Position numbers and translations under genes: made by a program
Shown: positions 17,938 to 27,151 of the stretch, piece after piece
Layout: the number at the start of each line of letters is the position of its first letter
Position numbering within the stretch: position 1 is the first letter of the stretch
From: a virus
Taxonomy: Duplodnaviria; Caudoviricetes
IMG/VR virus record: IMGVR_UViG_3300025653_003531
Location: 1 to 36,239 of that record
Reading direction: 5' to 3' (one strand)
Length of the DNA: 36,239 bases
The notes under the pieces: model-generated
What the model was told of the DNA's origin: nothing
Seen by the model: only the letters and a program-made list of their open reading frames with translations
Database searches by the model: none

Positions 17938-20900
17938 CAATAACAAAAGAACATGGTCGGAGAATCTTTGCTCTTCAAGTCAGTGGCCTTGAATATCGTT
18001 ATCACAGCACCACACCACCAAACACAACGAGCCTTGATGCTAATATAGCCACAAGTATTCCATATATAGATCAAGAAGGTATCTCGACAGTTGGGGCCTT
18101 TAGCGCTTCGGTTGATCCAAGTGGTGGAATAGGTCAATACTCTCCGGTTTCTGTCACTCTCCAAATAGATCGTAAAGGTGGACTTGGAGATCCCGGAGTA
18201 ATCTTTGGAAGGTGTGGCGCTCGAAGCGCTTCCAAAAGAGCTCAAATCATAGACGATATAACAAGACAAGATACATTGATCAAAGTTGGTACTGATCTGA
18301 CCGGCTTGACCTATCCTAGACTTTTGCATATTGGTTCTGAGACTATCCGAGCTAGTAGCGCCACAAGTTCAACAATCACAGCAACTAGAGCACAAGGCAA
18401 CACTACACCACAGTTCCATACTGTGAGTCTTGAGGGCTCTTTTGTTCCAGAAGTTACGACAGAGCTCACGACTTTTAGAGGGAGAAGAGCCAAGCTTTTT
18501 ATGGCTCATCAATATCCTGATGGAACAGTGAGTGATTATGTGGAGATCATTAATGGCTTTATTGAGCAAAGTCCGATCATTGAAGCCGGTGATTCAATAG
18601 CCTTGTCAATTGTTCCGTTGACAGCTTTGATTGATACTGAACTCGCTGACAAGATCAATCAGACTCGACTCCTTCAAGGTTATCATTATTATGATGGTAA
18701 TTATGGAAGCGCTATAGAGTACGCGCTTGGACTCAGTTATGATCCTATTAATCAAGAGCCTGTTCTTTATCCAGATACAAGCTCAACAATCACAGCAAAT
18801 ACTTTCAATGCTGTCATACTTTCAAACTATGGCTCCGAAGATTATCTTGCTGACTTTGACACTTCTCTTCCAAGTGGTCCTGATCGTGATGAATATATTG
18901 GAAGCCATCCGCGCTACCCTAAATTAAAAAAGTTTGTTACTGCAAACTTGGCGACAGATGGAGTCTACCCAACAGCAACAGCTTATTCATTGAGCTTGAA
19001 TGGTTATGTGATCAATGCTGACAGCTCTCCAAGCTCAGCCTTCACAGCTGGAGAAATCACAAATGCAGGCTTCTTCAAAATCACTGTAAACAGATATGAA
19101 CTAAAGCAGCATGAACTTGGAAACCAAGAAGTCAAGCAATGGCCAAAGGTGATCAATGATGTTTTAGCTAGTGATGGACCAAGCTCAACTCAAGGCTTTA
19201 GTGGTGGCTTTGCTCAATGGAGATTAAATGCTGATAATATCATCCGAGCAAGTAAATTAAGCAACTCACCTTTTGCTGGAAAGGTCGTTCTTTGGAATGG
19301 CTACAATGGTTTTGTAAAGTTCAAAGAGCATATTGAAAACCAATATGGCTCAGCTACTCCAAGAGCTTTCACAGCCAATGGAACAAATATCAATTATCCA
19401 CCAGGTATTGGTTTATATTATCCTCTTGATCTTGGAGAACAAGAAGATCCATTTTATCCCGATCAAGGTGACAAGTTTATTGAAGTGACAGCATCAACAC
19501 AACCAAGAACCGGTTTCTTTGGTCTTCGTGATCTTGCTAAAGCTTATTATCAAAACTATGAATCAAAGATCTTAGTTGAAGGCTCTCTTGGACTCCCAAC
19601 GACAGCCACAGCCGGTGAAACTTATGATGTCACTGTCTTATATTATGATCGACAAAGCGAAAGCACAAAGCGCCAAACTTTCCAAGTGACCCATGAATCT
19701 ACTGTTTCCTTTGGTGGTTCGACAGTTGGCCGAATCTTACACATTGCTGATTCAAACAGCTTCTCCAATAATGTCAGCTTTGCAGATTGGCAAGACTCAG
19801 AAAGAGTTCTGATCTTTAGAGGTAGCCAAGTCATTGAAGACAACGCTGGCCAAATCATGCTTAAGCTCTTAGAGAGTGGCGGCGGAAATGAAATCAATGG
19901 AGACTATGATCTTCTTGGGCTTGGTTTAAATATATCAAGCACTGACATTGATGAAGACAGCTTCTTGGCTGTCGGTGCTTCTTGTCCTTTTGTTTTCACT
20001 GATCAGTTTGCCGGTGATGGCTCAAGCTTAAGAGACATCTTTGACAGCTTGCTAAAGCTCATGGGCGCTTGTCTTGTTATGAAGCGAGAAGAAGCCACAG
20101 GGAAAAGCAGATTAAGCCTTCAGCCTTTGGGAGCAGAGAGAACAGCCGATTCTTCATTGACCATTGAAGCCGGTGATTGGCTAGCTGATCAGCCTCCACA
20201 TTGGGACATCTATGAAGATATAGTCACTCAAATCAAATATGAGTTTGATTATTCAGCGGAGGAAGACAGCTACCTAAGCGAAGTCATCTTCAACAATCAA
20301 GAAGCAATCAATCGATATGGCGGAGAGCGCAGTAAGATCACTCTTAGTCTTCCGGGAGTAAGCTCAAGAGACTTTGGGCGCAATGCTGGCGATAACTTTA
20401 ATTTCTTTCTTCCAAGCTCATCAAGAATCTTCAATATACTCTCTAATCCATTAAGAGTTTGGAGAGGGTCCATCGGTACAGGTTCAAGCGCTTTCTTAGA
20501 TGTTGGCTCTTATGTGACAGTTAGCTCTCCACACTTGCGAGGATATAGCGACTCATATGGAGTGACCAATGGTGTTGGTATGGTTCGCTCGATCAATCAA
20601 GAGCTTATGAGTGAAGGTTGTGAGATTGAACTTTTAACAACCGGCCTTGCTCCTGTTGCTTGGAACGCTACAGCACAAGTCAGCTTTATCCCAACAACTA
20701 CAAGTGTTCTTGTTGAAACAGATTCTTTTAGTAGAAGTGATGTCGATGATGTCAGCTTCTTCAAAGTTGGTGATGTTGTTGACTACCTTCCACAAGGAGA
20801 TCATGACAACGCAATCACAGGACTTGAGATTCAAAGTATATCTTCAAACACTATCACTTTTACAAGCTCTCATGGTATTTCTACAGTTAAAGGAACTTTA

Positions 20901-21008
20901 GAGCCAACAACATATGCGAACGCTAGCGCAGATCATCAAGCAGATGCTTACTTGGCAAATGCTAGCAACGTGATCAACACAACGACCGAAGCACAGGAGT
21001 TTTCTTAA
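17934..21008 (+). CDS. Large tail-tip / hub protein
   Basis: 1024 aa. IGSETIR...TITATRAQGNTTPQFH segment and EAINRYG hub-like motif. Synteny. Confidence 0.62.
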   Translation: MTITKEHGRRIFALQVSGLEYRYHSTTPPNTTSLDANIATSIPYIDQEGISTVGAFSASVDPSGGIGQYSPVSVTLQIDRKGGLGDPGVIFGRCGARSASKRAQIIDDITRQDTLIKVGTDLTGLTYPRLLHIGSETIRASSATSSTITATRAQGNTTPQFHTVSLEGSFVPEVTTELTTFRGRRAKLFMAHQYPDGTVSDYVEIINGFIEQSPIIEAGDSIALSIVPLTALIDTELADKINQTRLLQGYHYYDGNYGSAIEYALGLSYDPINQEPVLYPDTSSTITANTFNAVILSNYGSEDYLADFDTSLPSGPDRDEYIGSHPRYPKLKKFVTANLATDGVYPTATAYSLSLNGYVINADSSPSSAFTAGEITNAGFFKITVNRYELKQHELGNQEVKQWPKVINDVLASDGPSSTQGFSGGFAQWRLNADNIIRASKLSNSPFAGKVVLWNGYNGFVKFKEHIENQYGSATPRAFTANGTNINYPPGIGLYYPLDLGEQEDPFYPDQGDKFIEVTASTQPRTGFFGLRDLAKAYYQNYESKILVEGSLGLPTTATAGETYDVTVLYYDRQSESTKRQTFQVTHESTVSFGGSTVGRILHIADSNSFSNNVSFADWQDSERVLIFRGSQVIEDNAGQIMLKLLESGGGNEINGDYDLLGLGLNISSTDIDEDSFLAVGASCPFVFTDQFAGDGSSLRDIFDSLLKLMGACLVMKREEATGKSRLSLQPLGAERTADSSLTIEAGDWLADQPPHWDIYEDIVTQIKYEFDYSAEEDSYLSEVIFNNQEAINRYGGERSKITLSLPGVSSRDFGRNAGDNFNFFLPSSSRIFNILSNPLRVWRGSIGTGSSAFLDVGSYVTVSSPHLRGYSDSYGVTNGVGMVRSINQELMSEGCEIELLTTGLAPVAWNATAQVSFIPTTTSVLVETDSFSRSDVDDVSFFKVGDVVDYLPQGDHDNAITGLEIQSISSNTITFTSSHGISTVKGTLEPTTYANASADHQADAYLANASNVINTTTEAQEFS

Positions 21009-21673
21009 TGCCAACTAAAGCAGAACTTGAGCAACAACTTGACGATCTAAAACATGATCTTAGACGCAGTGAGCGAGCATTGAATCAAGCTAGACTCGAT
21101 TTAGAGCAACTCGACACAAATGCTTACACTCAGAGTCATACAACTCCAGCTTTGTCTCCACAGACAAGACAAGCTCTTGATCGTGCCTATGCTGAGTGGG
21201 AGCGCGTTGTCGTTGATCCTGATGCAAGAGTTGATACTTATTGCAAGAGTAGAGAGGGCGCTGGATGGTCTTGGCAAGCTGACTATACAAAGAACGGCCA
21301 ATATGCTTGGTGTGGATTCTTTGCTGCTTTCTGTCATACAGCTGTCAAGTTCCCAATTCGCCAAAAAGTTATGCCTAGCTGTTATCGACTTTATAAAAAT
21401 TGGTCTAAGACATCGCGATCAATAGAGCATGGTAAGGTTGCTCCCGGTGATATTGTCGTTGTGTATAGTAGTAAGCGAGCGCTTCAAGGCGATCACATTA
21501 CTCTTTGCATTGACAACTCAACTGTTAATGAAGGGTACATCACGACCATTGAAGGAAATGCTCATGGGACTCTTGGGAATGGTGAATATGGCGAAGGTGT
21601 AATCAAGCGCCAGCGTAAGTTCTCTGAGTTCGCTCATGTCTATAGACTTCTAGGTGAGGACTTCGATGAATAA
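21008..21673 (+). CDS. CHAP-family cell-wall hydrolase (endolysin) with N-terminal coiled coil
   Basis: AWCGFF (catalytic Cys), PGDIVV, DHITL (His) and TIEGN. Confidence 0.82.
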   Translation: MPTKAELEQQLDDLKHDLRRSERALNQARLDLEQLDTNAYTQSHTTPALSPQTRQALDRAYAEWERVVVDPDARVDTYCKSREGAGWSWQADYTKNGQYAWCGFFAAFCHTAVKFPIRQKVMPSCYRLYKNWSKTSRSIEHGKVAPGDIVVVYSSKRALQGDHITLCIDNSTVNEGYITTIEGNAHGTLGNGEYGEGVIKRQRKFSEFAHVYRLLGEDFDE

Positions 21674-21881
21674 TCAAACGATGACCGATAAAGCCGGCGG
21701 TCGAAAAGCTTTAGCTTTTTATGCTGCTCTTGCCTGTTGCTTCACTCTCGCTTTGCTAGACAAAGCACATACTGAAGTTCTAGGATTGATTGATACGTTA
21801 TTCTTTATCTATGCCGGCGCGAATGTCATGGCCAAGCGTCAACCACAAACCACAGAAACAAAGGGGAAAACAGATGAGTAA
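21666..21881 (+). CDS. Putative holin (2 TM)
   Basis: GGRK-TM1-TM2-YAGANV with a charged tail. Overlaps the endolysin. GAGGA SD. Confidence 0.65.
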   Translation: MNNQTMTDKAGGRKALAFYAALACCFTLALLDKAHTEVLGLIDTLFFIYAGANVMAKRQPQTTETKGKTDE

Positions 21882-22260
21882 ACTTGGAGTTCAGAATCCT
21901 ATTTCAGCCGGTCAATACATGGGCGGTTATTCAGCAACAGCAGTGGCAGACACAAATTGGCACACATTAACATCAAGCGACTTTGTTTGTCCGATTACTC
22001 AAACAGCTTTTGCTGATGGTCTTAAGTTTGCCTTTTTAGAAATCCGCAACGGAAGCACAACACTCGAAGCACATTATAAGCTTAGAGCTGCCGATGCTCC
22101 AACGGATGGAAAGACCAATACTGATGGAGTTATTCCGATTCAAGGTGGCGGTTCGGCTGATATTCAAGGCCTTGCTGATGGGAACTTGGTCACATCAATC
22201 GCTTATGCTAAAGCGGCCGCTGGTGATACCTTCACAATCACAGCTGGCTTCAATAAATAA
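21874..22260 (+). CDS. Hypothetical virion protein
   Basis: ATG 21874 after AGGGG. 128 aa Ala/Gly/Thr-rich beta protein before the fibre gene. Confidence 0.55.
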   Translation: MSKLGVQNPISAGQYMGGYSATAVADTNWHTLTSSDFVCPITQTAFADGLKFAFLEIRNGSTTLEAHYKLRAADAPTDGKTNTDGVIPIQGGGSADIQGLADGNLVTSIAYAKAAAGDTFTITAGFNK

Positions 22261-22270
22261 GGAGTGAATC

Positions 22271-24292
22271 ATGGCAATTAAATCTTTTGGATTCGCAAGC
22301 GCAGGCGGTGGCGCAGGAACTGACAATCTTGATGATGTCACTTCAAGAGGAGCCACAACCACAAACGCCATCACAGTTGGTGGAGTCACTATTGGAACCG
22401 AGTACAGTCTTCCAACTCTCGATGGTTCAGAAAATCAAGTTCTCCAAACTAACGGAACCGGGACTCTAAGCTTTGCAACTTTAGACTTCACAGGTGGCCT
22501 TGAATACAAAGGCGCTTTCAATGCAACAGCAGGAACTCCAAGCCTTCTCAATGCCGAAAAAGGTGACTTCTATATCATCGACACAGCAGGCACAATTTAT
22601 GGGCAGACTTGGGCTGTCGGTGATCACTTGCTCATCAATGAAGACATGGGTGGCACAATCACCAATAGCAAGATCGACAAGATTGATAATACAGATACAC
22701 CGGCAAGCGAGACAGTGGCTGGAGTCATTGAGATCGCGACCAATGCCGAAGCGACAGCAGGCACAGCGACCGACAAAGCTTTGGTTCCAAGCAATATCAG
22801 TTCACTTGACTTGTCAGCGATGGACAATACAACAAGCGCTTTTATTTCAGACATCACAGGTGAGAGCCTTAATGATCTGAGTGATGTAAGCTTCACAGCC
22901 GGAGCAGGTATTGACAACTATGTTCTGACCTATGACAACGGAACATCAACTTGGGGAGCTGAAGCAGTACCAAGCGCAACACCGGCAAGTGAAACAGTGG
23001 CTGGAGTGATTGAGATTGCTACGAACGCAGAAGCCGGAGCAGGTACAGCGACCGATAAAGCTTTGGTTCCTAGCAATATCAGTTCTCTCGATTTGTCAGC
23101 AATGGACAACACAACAAGCGCTTTCATCACTGTCGGTGACATCCCAACAGCAAGCCACAGCACAGCAGGTATTTTAGAGACTGCTACAAATGCAGAAGCA
23201 ACAAGCGCGACTGCTAATGATAAGATTCTGACTCCTGCCAATCTTAGCCATATTGATCTAAGCACCTTTGACAATGATTCAGGATTCATTTCAAACATCA
23301 CAAACGAGAGCCTTAATGATCTGAGTGATGTGAGCTTCACAGCAGGCGCAGGGATTGACAACTATGTTCTGACTTATGACAACGGAACTAGCTCTTGGGG
23401 CGCGGAAGCGGTTCCCGGTGGAAGTCCAGCAAGCGAGACAACAGCAGGCATCATCGAGATTGCTACGAACGCGGAAGCGACAGCAGGAACAGCAACAGAT
23501 AAGGCGCTAGTTCCAAGCAACGTTTCATCACTCGATTTGTCAGCAATGGACAACACCACAAGCGCTTTCATTAGTGACATCACAAGCGAAAGCCTTAATG
23601 ATCTAAGTGATGTATCATTCACAGCCGGAGCCGGAATTGACAACTATGTTCTGACCTATGATCATGCAACGACATCTTGGGGAGCCGAAGCAGTACCAAG
23701 CGCAAGTCCTGCAAGCGAGACAACAGCTGGTATAATTGAAATTGCGACCAATGCGGAAGCGGGTGCAGGAACAGCAACAGACAAAGCTTTGGTCCCAAGC
23801 AATATCAGTTCACTCGATTTGTCAGCGATGAATAACACAACAAGCGCTTTTATCTCAAACATCACAAGCGAAAGCTTGAACGATCTGAGCGATGTAAGTT
23901 TCACAGCAGGCGCTGGTATTGATGGTCATGTGCTTACTTATGATAACACTGCTAGTGAATGGCAAGCGGTAGCACCCGCAAGCGGTGCAAAGCCTAATAT
24001 AACATCAGTAAGCACGTCTCAAACTACTGACTATACAATATCAACAAACACCGGAATAGAAGAAATATTTTTAATTGATTCTGGTGCATCTATTAATGTG
24101 AATCTTCCGAGCGCAAGTACTGTTGGATCGGGATATAAGTATGTTATTAAAAATCTATCTAGCTCATATACTTTAACAGTAGATGCGAATTCAACTGAAA
24201 CTATAGATGCTAGTTTAACATATCAGCTTAATGTACAATACCAAGCTTTGACTATTGTTAGCGATGGTACATCTAGCTGGTATATTATCTAG
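22271..24292 (+). CDS. Tail fibre protein with internal repeats
   Basis: LDDVTSRGATTT N-terminus, ASETxAGxIEIATNAEA and LNDLSDV repeats, C-terminal VNLPSAS...ETID...LTIVSDGTSSWYII domain. Strong SD. Confidence 0.85.
   Translation: MAIKSFGFASAGGGAGTDNLDDVTSRGATTTNAITVGGVTIGTEYSLPTLDGSENQVLQTNGTGTLSFATLDFTGGLEYKGAFNATAGTPSLLNAEKGDFYIIDTAGTIYGQTWAVGDHLLINEDMGGTITNSKIDKIDNTDTPASETVAGVIEIATNAEATAGTATDKALVPSNISSLDLSAMDNTTSAFISDITGESLNDLSDVSFTAGAGIDNYVLTYDNGTSTWGAEAVPSATPASETVAGVIEIATNAEAGAGTATDKALVPSNISSLDLSAMDNTTSAFITVGDIPTASHSTAGILETATNAEATSATANDKILTPANLSHIDLSTFDNDSGFISNITNESLNDLSDVSFTAGAGIDNYVLTYDNGTSSWGAEAVPGGSPASETTAGIIEIATNAEATAGTATDKALVPSNVSSLDLSAMDNTTSAFISDITSESLNDLSDVSFTAGAGIDNYVLTYDHATTSWGAEAVPSASPASETTAGIIEIATNAEAGAGTATDKALVPSNISSLDLSAMNNTTSAFISNITSESLNDLSDVSFTAGAGIDGHVLTYDNTASEWQAVAPASGAKPNITSVSTSQTTDYTISTNTGIEEIFLIDSGASINVNLPSASTVGSGYKYVIKNLSSSYTLTVDANSTETIDASLTYQLNVQYQALTIVSDGTSSWYII
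22700..23975 (+). repeat. Modular coding repeats A-B-A-A'-B-A-B-A-B' in the fibre gene
   Basis: A is about 48 aa (ASET...DKALVPSNISSLDLSAMDNTTSAFI). B is about 43 aa (ESLNDLSDVSFTAGAGIDNYVLTYD...WGAEAVP). Copies differ mostly at synonymous sites. Boundaries approximate. Confidence 0.92.
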
Positions 24293-24303
24293 GAGTTTAA
24301 AGC

Positions 24304-24777
24304 ATGAGCTATCGTTGCAAAAACCCTAAGTCTACAGTGCTGATTCAGTTAAGCGCAGATGGAACACAAACAGCGGCTTCCGATGGTGATAAAGTATTAT
24401 TTCCAACAAAACTCACAACCGGAAGCGATGGAGTCAGTGTTTCTGCCGGTGTAATCTCACTTGATAGTTCAAGGTCTTACTACATGAGTGTTCATGTAGA
24501 TGCTAATAGGCCATCTTCAAGTAGTGATATAAGCGCGGAATGGTGGAATGATACAACATCAACAAAGCTAGGCCCGAGTGATGGAGCTTTTGAAGCTCGA
24601 TGGTTGCCTGGTAATCCCAGCGGAGGTGCTCCATATTATAACGGGTCTACGCTTGGACAGTTAACGTTAGTGCATCCAAACCATGATATTAGTGTTAGAA
24701 TTAATCAATTGGGAAGCGGTAATACACTAAACATCAGTGAATACTTTCATTTATACATAATTGAAATCGACGATTAG
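24304..24777 (+). CDS. Fibre-associated beta-sandwich protein (C1q/BclA-CTD-like, tentative)
   Basis: AGGAG SD. Pattern VLFP...GVSVSAGVISL...YYMSVHV. Confidence 0.55.
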   Translation: MSYRCKNPKSTVLIQLSADGTQTAASDGDKVLFPTKLTTGSDGVSVSAGVISLDSSRSYYMSVHVDANRPSSSSDISAEWWNDTTSTKLGPSDGAFEARWLPGNPSGGAPYYNGSTLGQLTLVHPNHDISVRINQLGSGNTLNISEYFHLYIIEIDD

Positions 24778-24787
24778 GAGGCGCTTT

Positions 24788-25201
24788 ATGAGTTATGATC
24801 CGAGCGAAGGAGGGGGGGTAGTTTTTAGCGCATATTTAGCCACAGCTTCAACAGCTCTTCCTTACATAACTACCGGTGGGAGCTATACTTTTTCGTGGGA
24901 CAGTGCGAATCAAGCTTGCTCTATTGTTAATAATACTGTCGTTTGTAATCATTATGCATCAACTGCAACTTGTGATTTAGCAACAAATGCAACTCCGACA
25001 ATTAACGCTTTTGCGTATGGTTATAAGTACTCTGAATACACAGGCAGTCATTTATACAATGCATATGCAAAAGGTGACGATAATGCTTGGGGAGTGCATC
25101 GAGATACTAACGAGCTAGTCACTGACACAAAAGTAATTTATCACCTGAACGGCTTTCGAAATATCAACGGATTAGATCAATTTGCTGGAGTGATAATATG
25201 A
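24788..25201 (+). CDS. Fibre-associated hypothetical protein
   Basis: AGGAGG SD before ATG 24788. Tyr/Thr/Asn-rich. Confidence 0.55.
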   Translation: MSYDPSEGGGVVFSAYLATASTALPYITTGGSYTFSWDSANQACSIVNNTVVCNHYASTATCDLATNATPTINAFAYGYKYSEYTGSHLYNAYAKGDDNAWGVHRDTNELVTDTKVIYHLNGFRNINGLDQFAGVII

Positions 25202-25653
25202 CATATTTAGCAAAACCAAAGTCAAATGTGAGAGTTGATTTGCTTGTATTCAATGGACTATCTAGCGTTTCAGTGGGTACAATTTTTACAGTTAATGACA
25301 CTCCCAAAAATACAACTGCCGTGATAAATGCGTCGGGTCATATTGTTTTGCATGATCAATCGAGTTGGAGATTAGAAGCTAATTGTATGTGTCAATACTC
25401 GACCACAAGCGCAAGCTATGAAGCGATCTGGTGGTGGTATGATGGAACAAACAATTTAGGGAATCGCGGAAGGATGAGCAATGCAAGTAATACACAACTG
25501 AGTCGCGGTTCTTGTTCTCTTTTATTAAGATCTTCGGACATTACTAATACAATCACAATTTATCCTAGAATTAGTAATTTATCCGGCTCTCCTAATTATG
25601 ATGGTACTTATACTCCCTTACCTCATGTCAGAATCTACGAAATACCGAATTAA
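25198..25653 (+). CDS. Fibre-associated protein, apparent paralog of 24304-24777
   Basis: Shared MxY..PKSxV start, WW.D.T..LG core and HxxIxEI end. Confidence 0.55.
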   Translation: MTYLAKPKSNVRVDLLVFNGLSSVSVGTIFTVNDTPKNTTAVINASGHIVLHDQSSWRLEANCMCQYSTTSASYEAIWWWYDGTNNLGNRGRMSNASNTQLSRGSCSLLLRSSDITNTITIYPRISNLSGSPNYDGTYTPLPHVRIYEIPN

Positions 25654-25657
25654 AATA

Positions 25658-25954
25658 ATGATTGAACAACTATTAACAAACCGAGATCAAATTCCCTATG
25701 TCATCGCTTGCGCTTGTATCGTCTTGGCTTTGGTCGTTGGCTATATGTTTGGCCACCAAGATCCAGCGGTCGTTTGTGCTGACTATATTGTCAAAGAGCA
25801 TGAAGCGACAGAGAAAGCGCTGAAGCTGAATCAAAAGCTTACCGAGTGCAAGATCACCAAAGTTGGGGATGCTGTTATTGATTGTCAAAAAGTCTGTGAT
25901 GATCAGACAAGGAAAGCGCTTGAGAACTTCAAAGCGATCACTTGTGAGGATTAA
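25658..25954 (+). CDS. Membrane protein with N-terminal TM and Cys-containing helical region (spanin-like candidate)
   Basis: IPYVIACACIVLALVVGYMFG TM followed by a helical segment with five Cys. Confidence 0.55.
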   Translation: MIEQLLTNRDQIPYVIACACIVLALVVGYMFGHQDPAVVCADYIVKEHEATEKALKLNQKLTECKITKVGDAVIDCQKVCDDQTRKALENFKAITCED

Positions 25955-25957
25955 GCG

Positions 25958-26410
25958 ATGAGTTTTTTTTTAAGCATAATTGTCTTCCTCACTCCAATCG
26001 CTCCGTTAAGTGATATACCACCAACTTCAATTTGGCTTGGAAAAGGTATTCCGATCATTCAAGGTGAGAAGCTGAAGCCAGGTGATGAGATCAAAACGAT
26101 CAAGATGGCCTTGTCAGTTTATGACTTTGTGAGACTTAAGGGAGCGCTTGAAAGCTCAACAGATCTTTGTCAATGGGCGATTGAAGAGTCTGTCAAAGAG
26201 TGTATGCATGGAATGAAGACTCAGTTGGACATTGCGATAAATCGTGAGTCTAGTCAGGTTGAATTGATCCAAGCTTATGAGCACAGATTGAAGCAAACTG
26301 AAACAGCATTGAGCGAAGCGGAAAAGTATAATAAAATACTTTTATATGTTGCCGGTGGTCTTGCTATTGTGTCAGCTTCAGCAACAACACTCTTTTTCAT
26401 AGGGAAGTAA
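25958..26410 (+). CDS. Exported or membrane protein with coiled coil and C-terminal TM
   Basis: Hydrophobic N-terminus, coiled coil, ILLYVAGGLAIVSASATTLFFIGK. GAGGA SD. Confidence 0.6.
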   Translation: MSFFLSIIVFLTPIAPLSDIPPTSIWLGKGIPIIQGEKLKPGDEIKTIKMALSVYDFVRLKGALESSTDLCQWAIEESVKECMHGMKTQLDIAINRESSQVELIQAYEHRLKQTETALSEAEKYNKILLYVAGGLAIVSASATTLFFIGK

Positions 26411-26412
26411 TT

Positions 26413-26715
26413 ATGGACAGCATGAATCCGATAGATGTTGGTCAACTCTTAGCCTTAGCTGCTTTTTGGTACTCGACCACCAAAGACAAGGCTCAAAAGT
26501 CAGAAGAGCTTGGTCGGATGAAGCAACAGATCGCAACGCTTGAAACAAAGAGTGTTCAAGTGGATAGTCAGTTGAATGATATTAATACCAAGCTCAATCA
26601 ACTCATGGAGTCAAATGCTAGGCTTGAAGCTCAAATGAGATTGCTCCTTGGAAAAAAAAACCTTAAGTTTGTCGACACTCCCATGAGCTTTGCTAGTGGT
26701 ACTTATGAAGGCTAA
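26413..26715 (+). CDS. Small membrane-anchored coiled-coil protein
   Basis: VGQLLALAAFWY followed by heptads LGRMKQQIATLETK...LNDINTKLNQL. Confidence 0.6.
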   Translation: MDSMNPIDVGQLLALAAFWYSTTKDKAQKSEELGRMKQQIATLETKSVQVDSQLNDINTKLNQLMESNARLEAQMRLLLGKKNLKFVDTPMSFASGTYEG

Positions 26716-27151
26716 ACACCTTCAAGTAAGAATCAAGCAATGTGACCTCATAGCGTCAAGCTCTCCTTGTCCAAGAAGGAAAGTGGGCGCTGTAATCGTT
26801 GATCCTTCAACAAACGTGATCATAAGCGAAGGCTACAATGGAACACCAAGAGGATCGACTAAGGCGCTTTGTGGTGGCTCAACTTGCAAGCGAATCACTG
26901 ATCACATTGTCAGCGGAACTCAAAACGATATTGGATGCCACCATGCTGAAATGAACGCTATCCTCAACGCTACAAGGACCGGCAATTCTACTCTTGGGAA
27001 GTGGCTCATTGTAAACTGTGATCCTTGCCTTATGTGTGCAAAGGCCATTCATCACAGCGGAATAGTCAGAGTATATTCACCAAATATAGGTGGCGCTGGT
27101 CTTCACTATCTCAAAGAGAATCAAGTTGAGACTTTAGTCATTGAAGCATAG
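26705..27151 (+). CDS. dCMP deaminase
   Basis: SPCPRRKVGAVIV, GYNGTPRG, HAEMNAI and PCLMC zinc deaminase motifs. Confidence 0.92.
   Translation: MKAKHLQVRIKQCDLIASSSPCPRRKVGAVIVDPSTNVIISEGYNGTPRGSTKALCGGSTCKRITDHIVSGTQNDIGCHHAEMNAILNATRTGNSTLGKWLIVNCDPCLMCAKAIHHSGIVRVYSPNIGGAGLHYLKENQVETLVIEA

Noticed and set aside
21666-21683. Holin dual-start motif (MNNQTM)
   Set aside because: No basic residue lies between the two Met codons, unlike lambda S107/S105.
22624-23904. Four similar minus-strand ORFs resembling a paralog family
   Set aside because: They are antisense shadows of the fibre repeats.
22271-25653. Diversity-generating retroelement or invertible fibre switch
   Set aside because: No reverse transcriptase, adenine-specific template/variable repeat pair, invertase or inverted gene copies.
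26651-26660. A9 tract as a frameshift fusing the membrane protein to dCMP deaminase
   Set aside because: Both shifted frames stop before the deaminase start (TAA at 26664, TGA near 26684). At most it changes the C-terminal tail.
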